From an uncultured Chlamydiae bacterium (GTDB taxonomy: Bacteria; Chlamydiota; Chlamydiia; Chlamydiales; Parachlamydiaceae), in NCBI GenBank assembly GCA_963830365.1, contig CAWHMU010000045.1, forward strand, positions 96,001 to 160,000: a stretch of 64,000 nucleotides of DNA, read 5' to 3'. Both the position numbers and the translations under genes were made by a program. Below, one piece after another: positions 9,790 through 19,162 of this stretch (positions are counted from its first letter, which is position 1; each line of letters opens with the position of its first letter). The notes under the pieces are model-generated. The model saw only the letters and a program-made list of their open reading frames with translations, was not told the origin of the DNA and searched no databases.

Positions 9790-10977
9790 ATGAGAAAACA
9801 CACCACCTATTTATTTTTCTTTATTTTCCTTTTTGCAGCTTCGCTGCAGGCCGAGGCCAGCGCCAAGAAGTCCATTTGCCTCAATATGATCGTCAAGAAT
9901 GAAAGTGCTGTCATTCTAAGATCTTTAGAATCGGTCCTGCCGATCATTGATGCCTGGATCATTGTCGATACGGGATCGACCGATAACACCAGGGAGCTTA
10001 TCAGAGATTTCCTCAAAGATGTGCCGGGAGAGCTTTACGAGCGTCCATGGGTGAATTTCGGACATAACAGGGATGAGGCCCTGCAATTGGCCAGAGGGAT
10101 TACCGATTATATTTTATTTGTCGATGCCGATGATGCGCTTGTTTTTGATGACGATTTTGAAATGCCGGATTTGACCGCTGACTGCTATCTGACAGCCTCA
10201 TACACCTGGGGAAACAGCATGGAATATTATTTTCCACGCCTCATTAAATCCTGTCTGAATTGGCATTGGCATGGGGTCTTGCATGAATATGTGTCGGCAC
10301 CCGATGCGTGGGACCAGCAAGTGCTTGAGGGGGTGAAATACGCCTATCTTTCCGGCGGAGCGCGTTCAAGGGATCCTGAGACCTATCATAACGATATCAA
10401 GCTGCTTAAAGACGCCCTGGAAATTGAGCCGGAAAGTTCGCGTTACGTGTTTTATCTGGCCCAAAGCTACGTTTGTGTGGGCGACTGGGAAAATGCCCTG
10501 GAAACGTACACGCGCAGAGCCTCCATGGGGGGGTATGATGAGGAAGTTTTTTGGTCAAAATTGCAAATCGGCCGCCTGCAAGATAGATTGGGCATGGACC
10601 GCAAAATTGTAGAAGCCAGTTTTAATGATGCCTACAACTATCGCCCTACCCGTATCGAACCTCTCTATTATCTGGCTGCCAAGGCGCGCTGGGATGGCGA
10701 CAATAAAACCGCCTTCACTGCCGCGAGTAAAGGGCTTGACGCCGAAATGCCGAATGACGGTTTGTTCGTGGAGAAATGGATTTATGATTACGGCTTGCTG
10801 TTTGAATATTCGATCTGCTCTTATTGGGTGGGAAAATACCGCGAAAGTCTAAAAGCTTGCGATAAGTTGCTCGCGATGAGTGACCTGCCAGAGGAATATC
10901 GCAAATTCACCCAAGACAACCGCCAATTCGCCGTGCAGAAGGTGAAAATGCTTGATTTGGTAGAAAAGAAAAAATAA
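9790..10977 (+). CDS. GT2-family glycosyltransferase with C-terminal TPR-like repeats and N-terminal signal-peptide-like segment
   Basis: ICLNMIVKNES, IVDTGSTDNT, NFGHNRD.AL, FVDADD, W.GVLHEY; helical TPR-like C-terminus. Confidence 0.85.
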   Translation: MRKHTTYLFFFIFLFAASLQAEASAKKSICLNMIVKNESAVILRSLESVLPIIDAWIIVDTGSTDNTRELIRDFLKDVPGELYERPWVNFGHNRDEALQLARGITDYILFVDADDALVFDDDFEMPDLTADCYLTASYTWGNSMEYYFPRLIKSCLNWHWHGVLHEYVSAPDAWDQQVLEGVKYAYLSGGARSRDPETYHNDIKLLKDALEIEPESSRYVFYLAQSYVCVGDWENALETYTRRASMGGYDEEVFWSKLQIGRLQDRLGMDRKIVEASFNDAYNYRPTRIEPLYYLAAKARWDGDNKTAFTAASKGLDAEMPNDGLFVEKWIYDYGLLFEYSICSYWVGKYRESLKACDKLLAMSDLPEEYRKFTQDNRQFAVQKVKMLDLVEKKK

Positions 10978-11081
10978 TATCCGTTTCTAAGATTATGCTT
11001 CGATATAGCCGCCATGGGGGGGCGCCCTGCCCCGCCATTTGCGGCGCAATTCGTCCGTGGGATAATAGACCGACTTCCAAA
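10290..11081. repeat. direct duplication DR1, copy a (3' part of glycosyltransferase plus 3' tip of UAP gene)
   Basis: near-identical to 13483-14261; 10997-11069 also matches 25381-25453. Confidence 0.95.
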
Positions 11082-11263
11082 TGATAGCGGTCAGACGGTA
11101 TTGGGCCTGACCCCCATTGCATCAATTTCCTTTTACAACCGGTATGCCCTCCTCTGCGTTGCCGCGTCTCATAGGAGGGCTGAAGGTAGCCATGCTCACC
11201 TTTTTTGACCGAAAAGGTGAACACCGCCTTATATGCTATTTTCTGGACGATCGTTACCCATCT

Positions 11264-11331
11264 CATTTTTGAAATAAATAAGTCAACAAGTTACGTCTGA
11301 CCCCTAACACTAACACGTCTGACCCCTAACA
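11264..11331. repeat. about 65-bp direct repeat with doubled ACGTCTGACCCCTA motif, copy 1
   Basis: catttttgaaataaataagtcaacaagttacgtctgacccctaacactaacacgtctgacccctaaca; recurs at 13417-13480. Confidence 0.9.
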
Positions 11332-11347
11332 TCTTTGGACCCTTGGA

Positions 11348-12932
11348 CTACTCCAAGTCGTATAGTGCACGATCTCTAGGATTGGATAAGCGCTCATATG
11401 CATTGGCTATTTGGCGGAACCTTTTGGTTGCTTTAGGATCTGCTGTGTTTTTATCGGGCCGAAACTTAGCTGACTGGATATCGTAGGCTTTTTTAATCTC
11501 ATCGGACGAAGCATCGCTAGAGACGTCTAACACTTGATAAAGGTCATTTTCAAAAAACAAAGATTTCAAGAGTCCGATGACGGGTAATTTTGAAAGTAGA
11601 CTCGAAGAGCGAACAGCTTCTCGCCTCATGCAAGCTACTTCTTCGAAGGCTTGAATAACCTCCTCAATCCCAAGTTTGTGAGCGAGGGTAAGCACAGCAA
11701 CAAGCACAGGCCTTAGCTTTGTTACACGTAGCGGTGATAGCTGCTGGAGTGCATTTACGGCCTCAGAAAAAGTTATTGTTTTAATATTCTTGATTATATT
11801 TTCATAAGGGTTGTTATAACTCCCCATCTGACATTGCCATCCGCAAGCTTTATTGCTGCCTATATGCTTGGCGTATATATCATATTCTTGAACACAAGCA
11901 TCATACAAGTGTGCATAAGCGGCTACTTTGTATAGCGGATGGGTAATGCTCCAGGCAATCTTTTCTGCCTCAACGTATGATTTGTGACTACAAGCCTCAA
12001 CCACCTTTTCAAATGTTGTATTAGCATGAGCATCTTCCAAAGTGGCCATTTTTTCCCGCAAGACCTGCACTTTGCTGGCTTGTTTCAGCATCGACAAGAG
12101 CCTTAAAAATGGGATCGTATATTTGTCTGCGCAGCGCTTTTGGGTCATGAAATTCATTCAAGTAATCGGCTAATTTTTCGGCAATTTCAAAGCGCTTTGG
12201 CTGATCGCTCTCTAATACTTTTTTGATTTGTTCATCAATTAGATCTTCAAACAAAAGCTTATTGACATCTTCTTGCATATCAGCACATCGGCATAGCCGG
12301 TACACGATTCTAGTAGTAGCCTCAAAATCGCCGGACAAGGCGATTTTGTTAAGAATTTTCTCAACAAAGGCTATCCTGCTCGAATCGACAAATTCCATAA
12401 GTTTGAAAAGATCTGAAAGATATCTGATATCTTGCCTTTTGATCGTACTGTCTATATAAGCCATCGCAAGCGAATGACTTTTTTCCTTGCGACCTTCTTC
12501 GGAAAGCTCCTCGTTGAAAATGCGCTTAGCTATTGAGAAGTCTAAGTCAGTCTTTATGAAATAATCGAATATTCTTGCAGCCATTTCCTGTTCTTGCTGC
12601 AAGCTCGAAAACTGTGGAGAGCATTGCCGCAGCGTGTCATAGACAAATCCTGGCAGAAAGTTGTTGTTGCTTATCTGTGATGAAAGGCTAAGAGCATCTG
12701 CACCCTTGTTCACCTGAGTCCCCGCATAAAGTCCTGCGTATACAGCACTTACCAAGCCTATGACGGCCAGGCCAACCAAAGCGATTTTTTTCAGGAGGCA
12801 TTGTGAAGTCCCTTCAAGCTTATTGATCCTTTTAGCCTTGGAAACGGCATCAGGATTACAAGTGGAAGTCTTTATAGGCAAATTTACCTGACATTGCTGG
12901 ATCGGACGGCTGTGCGCAGCTTGAACTGACAT
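11348..12932 (-). pseudogene. membrane-anchored orphan protein with C-terminal J-domain, split by a frameshift
   Basis: overlapping ORFs 12021-12932 and 11348-12157; N-terminal hydrophobic helix; DLYQVLDV...EIKKAY...RPDKN...F.QIANAYE.LS.P..R..YD. Confidence 0.7.
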
Positions 12933-13061
12933 AAAACTCCTCTTTACAGATATGAAGCTATTAAAAAACGATACAATATTAAATATGCATAAGAATGTTA
13001 ACATAAATAATTAATATTTACTAGTAAAAAAGATCAATTTACCAATTAAATTATTTACGAT

Positions 13062-13340
13062 TTATTTGGCAGCTTTGAAGTGGTCAAGCAGTCCTTGATA
13101 GGAATCTTCGATCATATTTAACACATGTTCAAAACCGGCTTCCCCTTCATAATTGGGGTCGGGGATTTCCTGATCGCGATAGGCGGGGCTATAGTGCGTG
13201 ATCAGTTTAAGTTTGGCCTTGTAAGCGGGTGTCGTGGCATACTGATACAATTCATTTAAGACTTTATGATCGGCGACTAAAATCAGATCAAAGCGATCAA
13301 AAATTGAGGGATGGATTTTCTGGGCGCGGCTGACCAGGAT
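13062..13340 (-). pseudogene. C-terminal fragment of a low-molecular-weight protein-tyrosine phosphatase
   Basis: FDLILVAD...EIPDPNY.G..GFE.V..MIED; the N-terminal CxxxxxR loop is missing. Confidence 0.7.
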
Positions 13341-13382
13341 AAAGCCCACGGACCAGTCTTTGACGGACACTATGAAGCCGAA

Positions 13383-13480
13383 TGATAGGGGTCAGTGATA
13401 GGGGTCTGACCCCTAGCATTTTTGAAATAAATAAGTCAATAAGTTACGTCTGACCCCTAGCAACGTCTGACCCCTAGCAA
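13383..13480. repeat. GGGGTC/TGACCCC motif cluster and about 65-bp direct repeat, copy 2
   Basis: taggggtcagtgataggggtctgacccctag followed by the repeat seen at 11264. Confidence 0.9.
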
Positions 13481-13482
13481 TT

Positions 13483-14169
13483 TGTGTCGGCGCCCGATGC
13501 GTGGGACCAGCAAGTGCTTGAGGGGGTGAAATACGCCTATCTTTCCGGCGGAGCGCGTTCAAGGGATCCTGAGACCTATCATAACGATATCAAGCTGCTT
13601 AAAGACGCCCTGGAAATTGAGCCGGAAAGTTCGCGTTACGTGTTTTATCTGGCCCAAAGCTACGTTTGTGTGGGCGACTGGGAAAATGCCCTGGAAACGT
13701 ACACGCGCAGAGCCTCCATGGGGGGGATGATGAGGAAGTTTTTTGGTCAAAATTGCAAATCGGCCGCCTGCAAGATAGATTGGGCATGGACCGCAAAATT
13801 GTAGAAGCCAGTTTTAATGATGCCTACAACTATCGCCCTACCCGTATCGAACCTCTCTATTATCTGGCTGCCAAGGCGCGCTGGGATGGCGACAATAAAA
13901 CCGCCTTCACTGCCGCGAGTAAAGGGCTTGACGCCGAAATGCCGAATGACGGTCTGTTCGTGGAGAAATGGATTTATGATTACGGCTTGCTGTTTGAATA
14001 TTCGATCTGCTCTTATTGGGTGGGAAAATACCGCGAAAGTCTAAAAGCTTGCGATAAGTTGCTCGCGATGAGTGACCTGCCAGAGGAATATCGCAAATTC
14101 ACCCAAGACAACCGCCAATTCGCCGTGCAGAAGGTGAAAATGCTCGATTTGGTAGAAAAGAAAAAATAA
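13483..14169 (+). pseudogene. 5'-truncated, frameshifted duplicate of the glycosyltransferase (DR1 copy b)
   Basis: matches 10290-10977; 1-nt deletion after the G-run at about 13726. Confidence 0.95.
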
Positions 14170-14184
14170 TATCCGTTTCTAAGA

Positions 14185-15039
14185 TTATGCTTCGATATAG
14201 CCGCCATGGGGGGGCGCCCTGCCCCGCCATTTGCGGCGCAACTCGTCCGTGGGATAATAGAAGTGCTGGTCGACCTCTAAAGAGCTGCCAGTGTACGGCA
14301 GGCCGGAGACAGCCTCAAGCACCCTGCGATCGCTGGCCTGTAAAGCTTCGCTTACCGTCGCCGGGCTGTCATTGCCGCTGAAGTTTTTTAAAGGCGCAAA
14401 GCATGTTTCGCGCGGGAAGAGCAACGCCCCGACCTTATGAGCCCTTGGCAGCAGGTCGAAAATGAACGTTTCAAACTTCCAGGCTATGGGTGTGTCGGCC
14501 TGGATGGTGCGGCCTTGCGGGCCCAGATGTTTGACGGCTTTGAAAGTCTTATGTAGCGGCATGGGGGTGGGCATATCGCTGACCGCATGTTTGATGAAAT
14601 CCATGGCAAAGCAAAACAGGCTCAGGTTGGCGCAGGTGTATCGCAATGTGCCGTCGGGTTAAGCTGCTGTGGGCTCATTTTCTGGCAATTCCGAATATTC
14701 CACCAAGATGGGATGCTTGTCTTGGAGAGCTAAAAGGCCGACTTTTTCATGTGCATCGCAGCGCTTAGTGCATTTAACGGTGATATCATTTCGAGAGCGC
14801 TCCTGGCAGCCCAGCAGCTCGGCGTCAAAAGGATCGGCTAGGGGGTTATCGACCAGCACAAAATTGAGATGGCGGATGCCTTGCCCATGCCATTTCTGAT
14901 AGAGGCCACTGTGATAGAAATGGTGCAGCGCACCGCCGTTGCCAGCCGGTCCTTCAGCCAGCATGTATGCATCTTCCAGGAAAAGGCGTCCGGTTTGATC
15001 AAGCAGAGGCAGTGTCTCCTGCATGAAGAAATCAAGCTG
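14185..15039 (-). pseudogene. 3' duplicate of the UDP-sugar pyrophosphorylase gene (DR2 copy a, 851 bp)
   Basis: 14189-15039 aligns colinearly to 25381-26231 with scattered substitutions and a TAT>TAA stop at about 14659. Confidence 0.95.
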
Positions 15040-15067
15040 AAATTGTAGAACAAGCCTTAACGCGAGC

Positions 15068-15454
15068 TTAGTAAACGTCAAAGTTTGTTTTTAGATAATA
15101 TTGTTGCACAGCATCATCCGATTCAAACTCGGGCTTTCCGGCCACGCGCTCGCGGACATATTGCTCATAAACGTCTTTTGTAAGCTTGACAAGCTTAATT
15201 CTGCTGCCATCGGGAGTGATGATCACGATCTCTCTGGGCGGATTTTCTTCAGCTACAGGCAGCTTTTCAGCTTCCGGGATCAATTCAATCTCTTTGATTT
15301 CCAGGTAGGTACCTCTTGAGGTATCTCCCCAGGTGATTGTTTTTCCCGCTATCTGAGGTCTGATGGCAATGGGATTGAACAGCCTGTTATCTGAATAAAC
15401 ATAATAGACCATTTCATATTGCGTGGTATTGAGGTTTGCATTAAATTCGCTCAT
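15068..15454 (-). CDS. hypothetical protein (128 aa)
   Basis: ORF with AAGGTGA RBS, 13 bp downstream of the ankyrin gene. Confidence 0.65.
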   Translation of the reverse strand: MSEFNANLNTTQYEMVYYVYSDNRLFNPIAIRPQIAGKTITWGDTSRGTYLEIKEIELIPEAEKLPVAEENPPREIVIITPDGSRIKLVKLTKDVYEQYVRERVAGKPEFESDDAVQQYYLKTNFDVY

Positions 15455-15467
15455 AATCACCTTAGTG

Positions 15468-18438
15468 TTAAGCCCACATTTTAGCATCAAATGTTTCGGC
15501 TACATGGATAAATTCTTCTAGTGGTATGCCATTCACTGTTTGCTTGCCATTGACGATTTTGACAAGAGCCTGCTTTCCAACTTTTTCCAAGTCAGAGGAT
15601 GCTTTTATAATTTGGTCGACTAGCATTTTTTTATTTTCCTCTGATTGGCAAACCACCCCTTTGATAAGATCCGGGGTAATCCTACTATTCACCATGACCT
15701 CGTTAGCGCAAGAATCAGCATTTTTGGCAAAATCAATCAGGTTGCTTCTATTTTTGTAGTAGTAATCGCTTTTAGCACCAAACTTGTCATCATTATATGC
15801 ATAAGCTCCTTGATTGACAGCGTCAAGGTTAAAAAGAATTTGGAAGGGACCACTCATCGGTATTTGGTACATTGTTTCATTTTCTTTAGTCTGCGCATTA
15901 ACGAGGCGTGTGAATACAGAGCCGCTCCCGCCAGCCCTAAAGTCTGATTCACACGAGGCACCTTTTCTGAAAAGGCCGGCTTTAAAACGGTCTTGCGAAG
16001 ATAAAGAGCCGGTTATCAGCCTGGCAATTACACTTGCGGCAGCATCCGCAGCTTTGGTGTCTCTTGATGACGACCCCATACCGATCATGAGTCCGATCGC
16101 GCCATTAGCTCTCATTTGTTTGCTGATGTCATTTAGACAAACAACCTCCTTGCCGGAATAAATGGCCCTGGTTGTGAGCTCCTCAGGATGGTCTTTGTAG
16201 TAGTGATCAAATTTCGCTTGCATTTCCGGTTGCACGCCTGTGATCCACTTTTTTAATGCATTGATAGGAAGTTCATAAAAGGCCTTCGTTCTTTCCATCG
16301 CAAAGGCATCGCCTGGAAAATACGTTCTGAAGATTTGGGCTATTTCCATCCTTTCCTTATCTGCCGCCCGCTTGGCATTGAAGATGGGCCCCACTCCTAA
16401 TACGGCCAGCACGGCATGCGCCATTTGCAACTCTTCCCCCTTAACCTGGCCGTGGGGAATAATCACATTGACCTCATCGTACAGGCATTTGTATAGATCC
16501 TCCGATCTGCCAATGATCACCTTGGCCCCATTTTGAAATTCAATTTCGCAAGCTTCTGCATTAGGTAGGGCATAACCGGCCTTGTCGGTGAAAGAGTCAT
16601 TTTTATCAGCTTTTCCAAGGAATGTGTCCGGCACAGTGCGCATGCTTTTAACCGCTAATCCCTCTGGCAGAAGTTTTTGAAATACCTCTTTGTTTTCCTC
16701 ATGCTCCAGCAGCGCCAGGTTTTGAGCAAGGTCTTTTCTAGCAAATTCACTCAATTTGAATTGAATGTGATATTTTTTTTCCCCATCGATCAGTCGATCA
16801 TGAATACAGATGACACCGCCTTTTAAAATGCCGGTATCCAGATTGCTGAAATACGCTCCAAAATCTGGATTGTCCTGTGCTTTTTCTCCCTTGGAAACTG
16901 CATCGGCCATATCAAAAAGAAGTGTGCCAGCTGGGGGCAAAGTATTTTGTGCTGCTCTAATACTTAATTCAAATACCTGCTCTGCATCTAAGCTGCCTGA
17001 TGTGATTGCCTGATGATAAAGCTCATGTAAGTCGGTCAGCAGCAGACTTGGATCTTGGGCATTAGCGATCTCTTTGAGCAGAATTTCTTCTCTTTGTGCA
17101 ACCTCTTTTAGCATTTGTTCAACCTGCTCAATTCTCCTTTGTGAAAGAATTTTAATGATCTCTTGGTCTTTTGCCAGCATAGGTGCGGTGATGTCGCGAG
17201 AACTTTTAGCATCTATTTTGGCGCCAGCCTTTATAAGAATTTCAACAATCTGGCTACTGCCTTTTTCCACCGCATTCATAAGCGGCGTACGGCCATCTGC
17301 ACCAGGCCTGTTCACATCAGCGCCTTTAGCTATCAATGCCTCGACCGCCTCATCGTTGCCATTACAAGCTGCCCAATTAAGCGCCGTGACACCGTTATAG
17401 CCTTGGCTGTCAATGTCGATGCCAGCTGGGAGATCTTTGATCGCTTGCCAGTCAGCACTTTTAATAGCAGCTAGAACGATCGCAACGGATAGATCTTTAA
17501 TTATACTAGCATCGCGCTTTGCTTCTGCCAACCCAAAAGCTTTGCCAAGGCCTTCATTGGCCCCTTTCTCAAGAAGAATGCCAACGACCTTTGGATGACC
17601 GTTCTCAGCTGCCAAAGAAAGAGCTGTATCACCGCTGGCTGTTTTGCTGTTGATGTCGACGCTAGAGGGGAGATTTTCGATGGCTCTGATGATAACCCTT
17701 TTGAGCTGCCTCAAGAAGGGTCGCTTTATCCTCTATGGGAAATAGAAGTTTAATGATCTCATCGTACTTAGCGGGACGTTTACTGTCCTTACTGTATCCA
17801 GCCATTTTATCGGATCCACCATTTTCAGCCTCCTGAAGAGCCTTCGGCATATCTACTTTGGCGTTAACCTTTAAAAGAAGTTCCACGATCTTGACACGGC
17901 CTTTTTTTATCGCATTCATAAGCGGCGTGAGGCCATTTGCAGCGGGCTTGTTCACATCAGCGCCTTTAGCTATCAATGCCTTGACGGCATTATAGTCGCC
18001 ATCAGAAGCAGCCTTAGTAAGCGCCGTGTAGCCGCCATAGCCGCCATAGTAAGAGCATTGGCTGTCGATATCGATGGCAGCCGGGAGATGTTTAAACTCT
18101 TCACCGGTGCCGGTTGGGGGATTACTTTTAAACTCATTTTCGGCTGGCTTTGAGTTGGCAAGGATAGAGGCCTTCTTGACCGGGTCACTGGCAGATGCAG
18201 GTTTGCCTGCGAAAGTAGCTCCAGAGAATTCGTCTATTTTTTTAACGCTGCTATTGAAGGAGGCATCATCTACCTTATCCTTTGGCTTCCTACATAAACC
18301 CAGGAAAAAAGTTACCGTCTTACCGCACCAACCAGCTTTTGTTTCAGAGGGTTTTCCTACGCTTGCAGAGGGTAGCTGGTTGTCGGCAGATGAATTGTTG
18401 TTATAAGGCTCCGGAGCCCCTTTGGGAATTGATGGCAT
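15468..18438 (-). pseudogene. ankyrin-repeat effector-like protein with putative C-terminal ADP-ribosyltransferase-like domain, single frameshift at about 17686
   Basis: ankyrin repeats (G.TAL..AA..G....V..LI.KGADVN, G.TPLMNA) in both overlapping ORFs 17662-18438 and 15468-17714; S/P-rich N-terminus. Confidence 0.75.
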
Positions 18439-18643
18439 AAAAGCCTCATCATAAAAACATTAATGCAACACCGGCAACAATCAAAAACACCAACACATAA
18501 ATCTATAATTAAAATTATAACACATAAACATATAATTAAGATTATAAAATGAATATTATTTTTTTGCATACACAATATTTTTATACTCAACTAAGTATTT
18601 GCAATTTGTTATAGAAGTGCATTAAAAACAGGTTACGACCATG

Positions 18644-19042
18644 CCTATACGCTTGACACCCAAATTTGACTGATTGCGAGGGGCTCTCAACTGAGTTTTG
18701 CTCCTTGGCAATAGCTAGCGCAATGACTTCATCACAACGGGTGGCGTTCATTTGTTTGTCAAAATTTAAGAACTAAAACAACAGGATATTAGGATGGACA
18801 GGATAAATCAGCCATCCTGTCCATCCTAATATCCTGTTGTTATTTTTAACGAAAATCATTACGGCATAAGGTTAACAGAGCCCGATCCGCCAGTGTCCTA
18901 GCTGTATTTTAGATTCCGGCCAAGGCGAATATTCTCGTCTACCTGTGACCGAAAGTTTTCCCTGTAAGGGTGAACGTAGCCTCACAAAGCTCAACACTTA
19001 ACCCCTCTCGTGCACTCAAATTTTGGGTGTCACGCGTATAGG
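18644..19042. mobile_element. MITE family B (outer element)
   Basis: TIRs cctatacgcttgacacccaaatttga / tcaaattttgggtgtcacgcgtatagg, flanked by CATG on both sides. Confidence 0.75.
18740..18981. mobile_element. MITE family M nested in MITE B
   Basis: ends ggtggcgttca / tgaacgtagcc; flanks TCACAACG (18732-18739) and TCACAAAG (18982-18989); homologous copy at 43146-43387. Confidence 0.72.
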
Positions 19043-19162
19043 CATGGAAAAAAGCAGATAGAAAACAAAAGCTCACACGCTAAAACAAAAAAAAGAAGTA
19101 TTGACCGGGTAATGCTTATTTAATACACTCAACACTTTTTACCGCGAACCAATTGATTATAC

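Noticed and set aside
12045..12060. Programmed -1 frameshift at G GGA AAA in the J-domain gene
   Set aside because: The downstream ORF is in the +1 frame, not -1
18740..18981. HEARO/omega-RNA because of GGCTACGTT on the minus strand
   Set aside because: No IscB or TnpB nearby; the motif is better explained as a TIR with an 8-bp target duplication
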